Positions 46,088 through 57,597 of a DNA stretch of 64,000 nt are shown here, one piece after another. Made by a program: the position numbers and the translations under genes. Origin of the DNA: Octopus vulgaris (taxonomy: Eukaryota); the NCBI GenBank assembly GCA_951406725.2, contig OX597821.1:93124001-93188000 (forward strand), read 5' to 3'. The notes under the pieces are model-generated. The model was not told the origin of the DNA. It did no database searches and saw nothing but the letters and a program-made list of their open reading frames with translations. The stretch's first letter is position 1; each line of letters begins with the position of its first letter.

Positions 46088-46252
46088 AGAGAAATAGAAG
46101 AAGAAATAGAAGAAGAAATAGAAGAAGAAGAAAGAAGAAGAAGAAGAAAAAGAAGAAGAAGAAGAAGAAGAAGAAGAAGAAGAAGAAGAAGAAGAAGAAG
46201 AAGAAGAAGAAGAAGAAGAAGAAGAAGAAGAAGAAGAAGAAGAAGAAGAAGA
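46088..46252. repeat. (GAA)n tract
   Basis: Directly visible. Confidence 0.97.
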
Positions 46253-47019
46253 GTTTCTTAAGTAACAAGAAGATGGATTTGGTATTTAACCTTTATTTTT
46301 TAGAACGGTCGTTTCGAATATATATTCGTGGGCGTAGTATTGCGAATGTTAATGAACCTTGCTTTCCACCCATGAGATGCTGGATTCGATCCCACTGAGT
46401 GGTCATGTCAGTAAACGCCATTTTCTAGAGTCTCGGGTGGTTCTATACTTAGGTGTGACGAGTGGATTGAATTTGCAATGCAAAATGTTCTACCTTGTCT
46501 GTGTGTCACACTGATTCTGCTGAGAGTTACTTTAAGGGAACACGTTTCTTTGGAATTCAGTCACTCACAAATTAATGCACGCGCACGTTATTTAGTTAAT
46601 CAAACAGCCGAATCCTCGACGTGAGACGACGGAAATCCATCATCCATACATATTTGTGTGTGTGTATGTGTGTGTCTGTGTCTGTGTGTATATTTGTGTC
46701 TATGTTTGTGTAGCAACAGGACACGAAAACATGTTTCAGTAATCAATCCGACACACTTAACTGAATAAAGAGAAACTCGAATTTACCAAGAATACATGAA
46801 TACATATAACAGCGAGTCAAGTCACGAGTTATTAAAATTTACTTAAACTTCATAGATATTCGATTCATCTACATGCTTCAGAATTAATTTTCTTGTCGAA
46901 ATGTATTTACAACTCTATTCTTTTCGCAGTATTTATCAATGCATTCTAGTGAACACATTTGCTTTCGCTTCATCGTAGGCCACGGACAAATGAATGCACT
47001 GGGTCCTATACGCTTTATT

Positions 47020-47393
47020 TATTCTTTTCTACTCTAGGCACAAGGCCCGAAATTTTGTAGGAGGGAGCCAGTCAATTAGATCGACCCCTGTACGCAACTG
47101 GTACTTAATTTATTGACCCCGAAAGGATGAAAAGCAAACTAGACCTCAGCGGAATTTGAACTCAGAACATAAAGACAGACGAAATACCTATTTCTTTACT
47201 ACCCACAAGGGGCTACACACAGAGAGGACGAACAAGGACAGACACACGGATTAAGTCGATTATATCGACCCCAGTGCGTAACTGGTACTTATTTAATCGA
47301 CCTCGAACGGATGAAAGCAAAGTCAACCTCGGTGGAATTTGAACTCAGAACGTAACGGCAGACGAAATACCGCTAAGCATTTCCCCCGGCGCA
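47020..47393 (-). mobile_element. Dimeric family-M SINE
   Basis: Two ~120-bp B-box plus core monomers (47070-47188 and 47252-47371) separated by a ~60-bp linker. Confidence 0.85.
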
Positions 47394-47984
47394 CTTTATT
47401 TATTGACACCAAATCACAACGTATATAGATCAGAACTAAGCCCCTGAGCACATGAGGCTCCCAAGTAACTGCCCAGTGCGACCATACCTTAAATTGGCCC
47501 TATTGGTGGGTAAACTACCTCTTGATATGGGCGAGGGGAATATCTATGAAGTCTCGTTGAATTTTAATTTCTTCTTACTATCATATATTTTAAATCTTAT
47601 TATCATTACGTCTGAGCGAGGCACAGTTTGCAACAACTAAGGAACTATTTAAATTATCGGAGAAACTTGCCACCGTCGGTTGCTAAATCATCTTCCTTAA
47701 GCGTTGCCTCAAAAACAATATAATACCAAACACTATCAAGAACATACACTTACCAACATACTACTACTCACCAAACCTGAAGCAGCCACTAACTTATTTA
47801 CGCAAATTCTGCATCAAGAGAATCATACAACATCTACACTACCTACTCCAGCAACTTATTAAAAAGATCACTAACACAGTTCCAAAACTCATCTTCGACA
47901 CAGAGTCTCTGCTTCTGAATACAACCGCGGCTTTAAATCTTGAGAAAAACCGCCTTAAACAAAAGTTCCCATGGCTTTACCAGA

Positions 47985-48369
47985 TGGAAGCACTCCGTCG
48001 GTTACGACGACGAGGGTTCCAGTTGATCCGAATCAACGGAACAGCCTGCTACTGAAATTAACGTGTAAGTGGCTGAGCACTCCACAGACACGTGTACCCT
48101 TAACGTAGTTCTCGGGGATAGTCAGCGTGACACAGAGAGTGACAAGGCCGGCCCTTTGAAATACAGGTACAACAGAAACAGGAAGATAGAGTAAGAGAAA
48201 GTCGTGGTGAAAGAGTACAGCAGGGATCACCACCATCCCCTGCCGGAGCCTCGTGGAGCTTTAGGTGTCTTCGCTCAATAAACACTCACAACGCCCGGTC
48301 TGGGAATCGAAACCGCGATCCTATGACCGCGAGTCCGCTGCCCTAACCACTGGGCCATTGCGCCTCCAC
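47985..48369 (-). mobile_element. Full-length OR1-like SINE (tail X)
   Basis: tRNA-like head ggaggcgcaatggcccagtggttagggc / ggtttcgattccc; 12-bp TSD ggctttaccaga (47973-47984, 48370-48381). Confidence 0.95.
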
Positions 48370-49053
48370 GGCTTTACCAGAAACACTACAAAGATTCATT
48401 ACACTACAACAACAGAGACAGTCAAGGAACCATCGCCACTGAGATTACCGACACTTCAGACAATAATACAGCACTCGTTACAGATTTGACAGGATCTCTA
48501 TTCAAGGAAGAACGTTAACTTCTCAGCCTTGGCCCCAAATTTATATTAACACAATGACTATACGACAAGATGATGCTAAATCTTGAAACCAACTTTTGCC
48601 GAGCTGCCTATCAACTCAAATGGATCTCCGTATTAAACAATACTTCTACTATGAACAGCAATAAATTTCGTATATACCCCTTAGACCACCCACTCTCTCC
48701 ACCGCCGATCAACCAAGAACTTAACCTAAAACTCTCTAGACTTAAGCAGTCTATTATAAAATATCAAGACAACATAAGAAAATACATCCTAACCTCTCCT
48801 TAAAAGAACGCCTCCTCCTAAACAACATGCGAGAGAAGGACCTCGTATCCCTCCCTTCCGACAAGGGAAAGAATTCTGTGTCATCTCGAGGAACACATAT
48901 GACAACTTAGCATATGAGCACCTTAACAACGGTGCACTATATGCAGAAGGGACAAACATTACTGCTCAACAGATAGAAGACCACATCAACACCAGATGGA
49001 TAGATATATGCAGATGTAGGCAACTCCCAAACAAATATATCACCAGAAACAGC

Positions 49054-49386
49054 GGAGGCGCAATGGCCCAATGGTTAGGGCAGCGAACTCACGGTCGGAG
49101 GATTGCGGTTTCGATTCCCAGACCGATTCCCGGGCGTTGTGTGTGTTTATTGAGCGAAAACACCTAGAGCTTCACGAGGCTTCGACAGGGGGTGGTGGCG
49201 ACCCCTGTTGTACTCTTTCGCCCCATCTTTCACTTTTTCTTCCTATTTCTTGTCCCCGACTTCCTGCGCAACCGCTGAGCCTGGATGCGCATTCATCCAT
49301 CCGTCGATGCTCTCGGTGTCGGGGGTTGACCTGCTTTCTCTTCTGCGGGTCTTACGAATAGCAAAGGACCACGATTCGGACTTCTC
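49054..49386 (+). mobile_element. OR1-like SINE head with a different structured tail (tail Z)
   Basis: About the first 195 bp match 56159, then the sequence diverges into a GC-rich hairpin-forming tail. Confidence 0.85.
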
Positions 49387-49668
49387 CAAGTAGTATACCG
49401 AATAGAATGCAACAAATGTAAAGTGTTTTATATAGGCAGCACAACTCGAACTTTGCATACTCGCATTAAGGAACATCTCAACACACGCGCATCCTCATTT
49501 AAAAAACACATTGATAAATGTAAAAATACCAACAAGCAAATTAAAGATACTATAGAAGCCAACGATAGAAATCTCGGCAACTTAAGAATTAAGGAAGCTT
49601 TAATTATCTATGAATTAAAGCCACTAATAAATAATAGATTGGAGCTAGGCACGCAATACATAACATGA
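49387..49668 (+). pseudogene. GIY-YIG endonuclease domain of the PLE
   Basis: Open frame QVVYRIECNKCKVFYIGSTTRTLHTRIKEH...LRIKEALIIYELKPLINNRLE: VVY-CxxC-YIG-T-R-R-EH, EA.I, P.IN. Confidence 0.92.
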
Positions 49669-49846
49669 CATACGTACATAGACACATTTGCTAGAAAGGA
49701 GGTAATGAAAATTGATATGTGGAGCGATAAGTTAATGATTAACGTCACTTACATTCACGAAGAAGAGAAACGCTTGAAAATTCAAATATAATCATAGAAT
49801 TATTTTATCTCCGACAAAAAACCTCTTTCCAAGGACAGTTCCTTTT

Positions 49847-49888
49847 TAACCCTGAAGAAGGGACTTGTATGTCCCGAAATATTGGATA
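49847..49888 (+). ncRNA. Minimal type I hammerhead ribozyme candidate in the PLE 3' repeat
   Basis: TAACC/GGATA stem I (4/5); CTGAAGA-A; stem II GGGAC-ttgtat-GTCCC; GAAA; palindromic AATATT. Confidence 0.7.
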
Positions 49889-50224
49889 CATATGCGACCA
49901 AAGATTACCAGGTAACTTACTTTTAGTTTACATTACCTCATCTTAAAATCTATTTGCATTGTTTGGCCTTTTAAATCGTTCAACGTTATATTCCATATAC
50001 AATCCTTCAAGCAAACTATAAAACCTATATATGTATATGATTGTGTCTGTTTTGTCCTCCACCATCCCTTGACAACCGATGTTGGTGTGATTTTAGCGGT
50101 TTGGCAAAATAAAGCGATAGAATAAGTACTAGGCTTACAAAAAATAAGTCCTAGGATCGATTTGATCGACTGAAGGTGGTGCTCCAACATGGCCGCAGTA
50201 AATAACTGAAACAAATAAAAGAAT

Positions 50225-50530
50225 ATGATCCCCTGACTATGTGTGCGTGTGTATGTGTGTGTGTGTGTGTGCGTATGTGTGTGTGTGTGTAATCCGTTCT
50301 GTCTGTCTGTACGCTTATAACTCGAGTGTTGTTCGTCTGATCGCGCTGAAATTTTAAACATGGATAGACGAGAGAGCGTCCCGTAATCTGAAAAGGTTTT
50401 CAAAGTTGTTGGTTTTGAAAGTGAGAGTTGCTATTTTTGTAATCTTTTCCTCCTGTTTGTTCTGCTAGCAACAAAGGGAGTACAGAATGACAGTCAGCCA
50501 AAACCGTCGCTATGCTATCTCTCTTCTTTC
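50225..50530 (+). mobile_element. DINE-1/HINE-like (Helitron/Helentron-derived) fragment
   Basis: (TG)n and (TCTG)n followed by ataactcgag...ctgatcgcgctgaaatttt, a layout typical of such elements. Termini not identified. Confidence 0.5.
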
Positions 50531-50674
50531 CTCTCTCTGTCTCTCTTATGATGTCCGATTCCACTTGAAGTTGTATATATATTGTGTTAAGATTCGTTAT
50601 CAATCAATTATCCTTCACTGCTTGCTCGAATACGTATGTTAATTATCAGTGCTCTGAAATTTAAAATTTGAAAT

Positions 50675-50757
50675 ACTGTACTGACGAAGGGAATGAGTGA
50701 GTAGAAATATGATTTTACATTTTTTGCATCACTCTAACCTCGAAACGCGTATACAGT
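50675..50757 (+). ncRNA. Type I hammerhead ribozyme with long stem II
   Basis: Stem I ACTGTA/TACAGT (6/6); CTGACGA; 54-nt stem II region with GAGTGA/TCACTC and GTAGAAA/TTTTTGC; GAA-ACGCGT-A. Predicted cleavage after GUA at 50751. Confidence 0.82.
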
Positions 50758-50938
50758 TAATCAGAGTCGGGGGGATTCGTTATTTTTTTCTCTTTACCTG
50801 CGTGAGTTGTAGAGTATTGCTGCCTGGGAGATATCTTATGGTAGTGGAATAGTATTTTAACTGCTATTTCTAAATTTCGGTATGTGGTGAAGCAAATTTT
50901 GCTGAACCCTAATTATAATTATACTCATAATTATAGAA

Positions 50939-50981
<43 letters not shown>

Positions 50982-51559
50982 CTTTAACACTGCCTCACCT
51001 CCTCCTGAATTTGTAGATGTGTCGTCATGCCTACGGCATCTCTTTAGCATCTGAAATCTGGTGGAATCCCTCCCTCTTGCGGTCTGAACACATGAAATGT
51101 CTTTCAGAAGGACAGAATGGAAATGGAAGTGGCTACTGTATTGAAATGATATTTTAATCATCGACTCCCGAAAGAATGAAGGATCAAACTGGCCTCAGTG
51201 AGATTTGAAATGATAGCGCAACGAGAAGAAAGGAATTTCGCCATGTATTTTATTCCATCTTCTAACAACTCTGCCAATTCACTGAGGTATGCATGTATGT
51301 ATATGTATGTACAAACACACACATACACACGCATATGTATGTATGTGTATGCATATATATATATATATATATACATGTGTGTATATATATATGTATGTAT
51401 ATATGTATGTACGTTTATGTTTGTGTATATATATATATATATGTTTGTGTGTGTGTGGGTGGGTGTCTATGTGTATGTGTATGTGCGTGCGTACGTGTAT
51501 GTATATATGTATATGTAGCCACTCCCACCAAAGCAGAAAGTAACCAGCAATAAAACAGG

Positions 51560-52060
51560 CTTCAAGCAACCTCTTGGTAATTACAAAAGAAAAGGAAACA
51601 ATAAAATCTAATGAGAAGCTGCCCTAAGAATCGTAAAACGATCAACGTAAGATTTAAAAGAATTAACGTCATAGTTATCGGAGAAACAAGAAAGAACATC
51701 GTTCCATAAAGCAGATGTTCAAAGAAATAAGTACAAGAGTAGAATAACTTACAGGTGGGGGCAACAATGAATAGAATAATTTGTTGAAAAGTGAGCCATT
51801 CGATTAATATAACAGAAAAATTGCGGCAGACGTTAACCATGGAAGTATTTCAAGAACAGGAATAAAGTAGTGAGTCGGTAATGAAAGGGTTGAAGTTTAG
51901 CTGCCAAAATAAGATCATCAAAGTTAGGGACTCAATTCCGAACACAATCAAGGAGAAGAATAATGCCAACAGAGGCACTAGCTTAAATTTGGCGGCATTA
52001 TTGACAAGGTGAATAAGGAATTTACAAAGACGATGAATGCATCCGATAAAAACAAAACCG
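51560..52060 (-). mobile_element. Decayed CR1/L2-group LINE 3' fragment
   Basis: Minus strand LQPFHYRL...FLKYFHG...LWND...YDVNSFKSYV. Confidence 0.55.
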
Positions 52061-52179
52061 AGAATTTACTTTGATGCCTTGCAAACAACTTGCACTTTCA
52101 TGGGCTACCAGTCGAGAACTCCGCAAAGCGGAAGCCAGCAAGTGTATGGAGTCATCAGGAGAGGATGTGCGCCATTTCG

Positions 52180-52620
52180 TTTCGGAGCCTACCTCTCAAA
52201 CTGAACTTGTTAATTTTTCCAGTTTCTCCACTGTAGAGTCATTTTATAAAAAGCTCGACATACCTTGTTTTCAAACTCTTTATATTTTCTTTTCTCATTA
52301 GCAGCAGGCCACAAGACCCTCGGTTTCCTCCGAGTACTACCTGATGCACCAGTTTCATAACCTGCAGTTTCCTGTCGGGAAGAGATCTTTGCTGTAGCAT
52401 TGATCGATCCGCTGTGGTTTCAGTCCGGGGATGATTTGCCACGTGTTTTACGATCAGATATCCACACTGCTATGTTCCCTTCTTACAAGTCTTTCCCTGA
52501 TGTATCTTCAAGCCTCTCACAGTTGCAATCGTTCTACAGCACAACTTACATCCAAAGTTGTTTGCACTTCGTTCGCTGTTCGAATGAATAGCCGTACTCG
52601 TGTCCAAGTAAGATCTTTAG
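52180..52620 (-). mobile_element. N-terminal fragment of an R2-group (HERO-like) retrotransposon ORF with zinc finger
   Basis: Minus strand CKLCCRTIATVRGLKIHQGKTC (~52480-52550) and RKPRVLWPAANEKRKYKEFE (~52270-52330). Confidence 0.6.
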
Positions 52621-52779
52621 AAAAATGATAAACTTTACTGACAAATATTCAAAGACACAGGAAAAACGCAAAACACATATAAAAATAGAAATATGATCAG
52701 ACTTCTTGTAACGATTACTGGAAAAAAGTTAGGTTTTTGCTGGGTTGAAAATAACCAGCCACTGAGTGCTCCAATACGT

Positions 52780-52975
52780 AACTGACTCCATCTGATACTC
52801 AAGAGAAGCAGTCACTTTCACCCGGTCACACGAATTGCATTGTTTTTCAAACAAGAATACAAAGAAATGTCATTAGCAAAGGTTAGACATATTATCCGGA
52901 AGACTATTTATAAAAATTAAGAATAGAATCAAAAACTTAGATCTTGAATAACACCAGAAGTTAGAGTACGTAGAA
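52780..52975 (-). mobile_element. LINE RT fragment, probably the same element as 51560-52060
   Basis: LTSGVIQD...ILFLIFINSLPD corresponds to SGVPQGS...LFLIFINDL. Confidence 0.6.
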
Positions 52976-52990
52976 TATATATATATATAT

Positions 52991-53023
<33 letters not shown>

Positions 53024-53095
53024 TAGACATACAGATAGATAGATATAGATATATACACACATACATGCCTATAAATATATATATGTATATATGCA

Positions 53096-53418
53096 GGAGC
53101 ACTCCGTCGGTTACGACGACGAGGGTCCCAGCTGATATGATCAACGGAACAGCCTGCTCATGAAAGTAACGTGCAAGTGACTGAGCAATCCGAAGACACG
53201 CGTACCCCTAACGTAGTTCTCAGGGAGATTCAGAGTGGCACAAAGTGTGACCAGGCCGGCCCTTTGAAATACAGGTACAACTCATTTTTGCCAGCTGAGT
53301 GGACAAGCAACGTGAAATAAAGTGTCTTGCTCAAGGACACAACGCGCCGCCGGTAATCGAACTCACGACCTTACAATCGTAAGCCGAATGCCCTAACCAC
53401 TAATCCACGCGCCTCCAC
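53096..53418 (-). mobile_element. OR2-like CORE-type SINE with tail X
   Basis: Head gtggaggcgcgtgg, B-box gagttcgattacc, CORE-like ttgtgtccttgagcaagacacttta, then the same tail as the OR1-like copies. Confidence 0.9.
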
Positions 53419-53569
53419 ATGTATAAATGTATGTGTGTGTGTATATATATATACACACACGTACATACATATACATGTATATATGTATGTGTGTGTATAT
53501 ACACACACATACACATACACATATATATATATAATTATATATATATATATGTATGTATGCATATATAAT

Positions 53570-53822
53570 TGTGTTTCAAGGACCCACAGCTTTTCAATAT
53601 CCTTCCAAAATGCCTGATGTAGATGTTGGTGTCTTCAAAACAAAACTGTTAAGGGTTCTAGATGAGCCTACTTCACAGGAGGAAACCCACATGAGGGCAG
53701 CAGCATCAAACTCCCTCATTCACCAAATGCCACATATCAGAGGAGATTTCAAATAATGGTGTAACACAGTCAACGATGGCGCCCCAGCATGACCGCAGCT
53801 TTGAAGCTGAAACATTTTAAAG
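53570..53822 (+). mobile_element. 3' end of a CR1-group LINE (same type as 3585)
   Basis: GP.LFNILP...VGVFKTKL..VLDEPTSQEETHMRAAASNSLIHQ; tail ggcgccccagcatgaccgcagctttgaagctgaaac. Confidence 0.75.
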
Positions 53823-53867
53823 ATCCTTTTTTTAAGATTTTTATATATACACACATATATATTCATG

Positions 53868-53912
<45 letters not shown>

Positions 53913-54239
53913 GCACACATTTATATATATACATATATAAAGATACATGTATATACATATACACATACATATATGTGCGTGTATGTGTATGTATATATAT
54001 ACGTGTATATCTATACATACATACATACATACATACATACATACATACATACATACATACATACATACATACATACATGCATACATATGTACATATATAT
54101 ATATAGAGAGAGAGAGAATAAAAAGTTTTGAATGGTACAAAAATGCACTATAATACAAACTATGGTCTATATACCTGTTATATATTCTTAGAATATTTGA
54201 AGAAGGAATTTTATTCCGAAATATCATCAAGCTAAACAT

Positions 54240-55790
54240 CTGAACATCTAAGTAATGATAATGTCCAAGTATTTACAGCCTTCACTAGATTCTGACGACT
54301 TAACTTTGACTTCATAAGCTTCCTCACCGTTCTGATGTGCTCCTCAATTTGTGTTTTCACTTCTATAGTTAATACTCTGCCAGATTTTAATACTCAAATA
54401 TAGCTTTTTCCTTCCAGTGATTTTAATATATGGCCATCTGGTAACTGAATGCCTTCACTGCTGACTATCTTTTTTTTTTTTTTTTGACAAATATTGTGCT
54501 CTTATTTATGCCAGATTCCATACCTATATTTTTGCTGAATAGTCTTACAATTTCTATTAAGGAATCTATCTGTTTTTTATTCTTACTAAAAAGATTCAGA
54601 TCATCCATGTTGAGCAAATGGTTAATTTTTAATTTGATCTTTAACCGATACCCTGCCTTTGCTTTTCTTAATACTAAACTGAGGAAGGTTAAGCATAACA
54701 CAAATGTTAAAGAGGATAATGAGTCTCCTTGGAAAATTCCCCTCTTGATATTAACTTTCGCTACAGCTGTGTCCCCTGAGTAGAGAGCTACTTTCCATTT
54801 CTGCATGCTATAGCTAATTAACTCTCTTATGTTGTCTGCAAACTGAATATATTCAAGCATACACTTATCCATGAGTGTGAAATCATGTCATGGGCTTTTT
54901 TTTAATAATTATTATCTATCCATGCCATTTAATTTTTCTTTTAAGATTTCACTTCTTTTAGAACTGCTTTAATCTTTCTGTTCTTCTGGAAGTAAATTCT
55001 GACTGTGAAGGTGCCTCTAAACGCACACTTTCTGTGAGTATTTCTGGTAGTAGCTTTCGCACTAATGGCGAGTAAGTTATTGGTTTGTAATTATTAGCTA
55101 TATTGCCTTTGTTTTTGCCTTTCATGGGTAGTACTGTTCTCCCTCTACTCATCAGATTAGGTATCCCTCCTTCATTCAAGCAATCCTGAAGTTGTTCCCT
55201 CAATCTCCCGTGTCTGCTACTAAATTTCTTTAACCGGTACCCTTGAACAAAAAACTGGTCTTGGTCCCTTCCGATTAGGCATTCTTCCTAACACATTACT
55301 CATTATTTTACTTGCTAGTTTTAGATCTCCCTAACTACTTCTTCTTCCCGGTTTTTCTTAAACCATTCTGTATCACCATTACGAATAACTGGCTCCAGAA
55401 CTTGCTAACTTCTGCACAAGCATCTCAGCTTCAGTAATTTCTTCATTGTTTGTTTGGCGATAATATCTCTGGTTCGTATGAAACAATCTATTCTGTTGAT
55501 ACTGATCTCTTCTTTGCTGATATCGGGCAAGCTTACCAGCTGTTGCTATGATACGCTGTTTAACGTCTTCTGTGATTATCCCAAATCTTTTCTCGTTGAT
55601 TAAGTAGAGTATCTAAAAGCGGGCAAAGGCCATGCATTTATGGCTTTTATGATGTTCCCTCTATTTGATTTCGTTTTGAGCGCCTTCTTAATTCTCTGCT
55701 TGTACTCATTAACTTTTTCATTTCTCCTTCCATTATCTCATTGTCTTGTAGCACTCCTAGATCTTTCTACCCCTAATTATTCCACAGCGA
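54240..55790 (-). mobile_element. R4/Dong-type retrotransposon RT pseudogene
   Basis: GRTVL...NYKPIT; IKRGIFQGDSLS; KINHLLNMDDLNLF; IGMESGINK. Confidence 0.92.
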
Positions 55791-55972
55791 TCTAATGATG
55801 TTGCCTTGCGGTAATGTCATGCCAGCAGAATTTACCTTCCGGCCTCTCTTCTTGATTTGCATTGCGCACTTTACTCCAACTGCATATCAATATATTTTAT
55901 GAATACTCTCACTGTTTGGATCAGAAAGTCTAGGTGTAAGTCATTTTTTATATACAGATTGAGAACATCCAT

Positions 55973-56034
<62 letters not shown>

Positions 56035-56039
56035 TATTT

Positions 56040-57545
56040 TTCTCTTTATCACAGGTCTTGTTTGAGTTCCTGGAGACTTGCATGCATAACGGGTTTACTA
56101 CTTGTAACCTACGGTACCATGCTACCCGTTCTTTTCAGCTATCTAATACTTTCCTGGTAGGAGGCGCAATGGCCCAGTGGTTAGGGCAGCGGACTCCCGG
56201 TCGTAGGATCGCGGTTTCGATTCCCAGACCGGGCGTTGTGAGTGTTTATTGAGCGAAAACACCTAAAGCTCCACGAGGCTCCGGCAGAGGATGGTGGTGA
56301 TCCCTGCTGTACTCTTTCACCACAACTTTCTCTCACTCTTACTTCCTGTTTCTGTTGTACCTGTATTTCAAAGGACCGGCCTTGTCACTCTGTGTCACGC
56401 TGAATATTCCCGAGAACTACGTTAAGGGTACACGTGTCTGTGGAGTGCTCAGCCACTTACACGTTAATTTCACGAGCAGGCTGTTCCGTTGATCGGATCA
56501 ACCGGAACCCTCATCGTCATAACCGACGGAGTGCTTCCATCCACTTTCCTGGTTATTCTGGCCGTGCCAAAGAGGCAAAACTTTTGTAACAGTTCTACTT
56601 GGCATTCTATTCCAATTTCCTTTATATTCCTCTTGATGTCTTCTGATACTGTTCCCAGGGACCCACCAATAATTGGCACTGTCTTCACCTTCATTTTCCA
56701 TAGCCGGGCAATTTTGTACTTAAGAGGGTTTTATCAATCTATCTTTTTACCTTCCTTCTTGACTATTTGTTGGTCAAAGAGGCATGTATCATCAACTATA
56801 GAGCACATGTGGTGCACCTTGTTCACCACCACTAAGTCCGGTCTGTTATGTCCTAGCACCTGATCTGTTTGGATTGGAAAAACTGAGAGGATTTTGCTAG
56901 TCTCCGACTCCACCACCCTCTGTGGTCTGTGCTCATACCACGTCTGACATCTCTCTTGCCCCAACTTTTCGCAATTTCCAGTATAGCACTTTCGCTACCT
57001 GATCGTGTCGCCACGACTTGTAGTAGTTTTGAGCATTCGTTCGTGATATGGGCAATGGGTTCGTGATATGTGTAATGGGTTCATCCACTCTATTGCAGCT
57101 GCGACACAGCTGAGACATTTGCTCATTCGTAAGGTTGAACCTCCAGTTCGTGGCCAAAGCTTGTTCTTGCGCTGCCAGTATAGTGCTTTCGGTCTCCTTT
57201 CTTAATGTTCCTTTCATCAGCCAATCCCACCTATTTTTTCCAGCAAGTTCTGTTTTGGATACAAGGGATTGATTGTATAGTCCCTTCTTGTGTAATTCTT
57301 TTTTATGTCTTCTTTTGTACTTCTTCCTTCGTTTTCCCTTTTTTTGTCTGCTCTCAATACTCCCTCGTTCCTGTCACTAGCAAGACTTCTTTACTTTGAG
57401 CTAGGCATCACATTAAGCTCACGCAGTCTTCCACACTTATCAGTCCCCTTTCCTCCATTTGCTCTCTTCGTGTATAGGCGATCGGTGTCTGTATGTGGAT
57501 GATACGCTCCAATCATCGTTAGGAGCTTTCTTGACTTCCTGGCCA
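56040..57545 (-). mobile_element. R4/Dong-type element 3' portion (CCHC knuckle and restriction-like endonuclease)
   Basis: ETESTILAAQEQAL; CRSC..DEPITHI; RHDQVA; IQTD..L.HNRPDLVV; VPIIGGSLG; LQKFCLFGTARITRKV. The 5' truncation abuts (TAA)n. Confidence 0.92.
56159..56542 (+). mobile_element. Full-length OR1-like SINE (tail X)
   Basis: 11-bp TSD actttcctggt (56148-56158, 56543-56553); interrupts the end of the Dong ORF. Confidence 0.95.

Positions 57546-57596
<51 letters not shown>

Positions 57597-57597
<1 letters not shown>

Larger units (their letters stand above)
47590..49900 (+). mobile_element. Penelope-like element with RT core deleted, two SINE insertions and a 3' hammerhead
   Basis: IFLKRCLKNNIIP N-terminal motif, LLSLGPKF, LPSDKG, C-terminal GIY-YIG domain, hammerhead in the 3' repeat. 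Confidence 0.88.

Noticed and set aside
52080-52165. Minus-strand CTGATGA...GAAA spacing
   Set aside because: Stem II does not close next to the core, and no stem I or NUH site is found.
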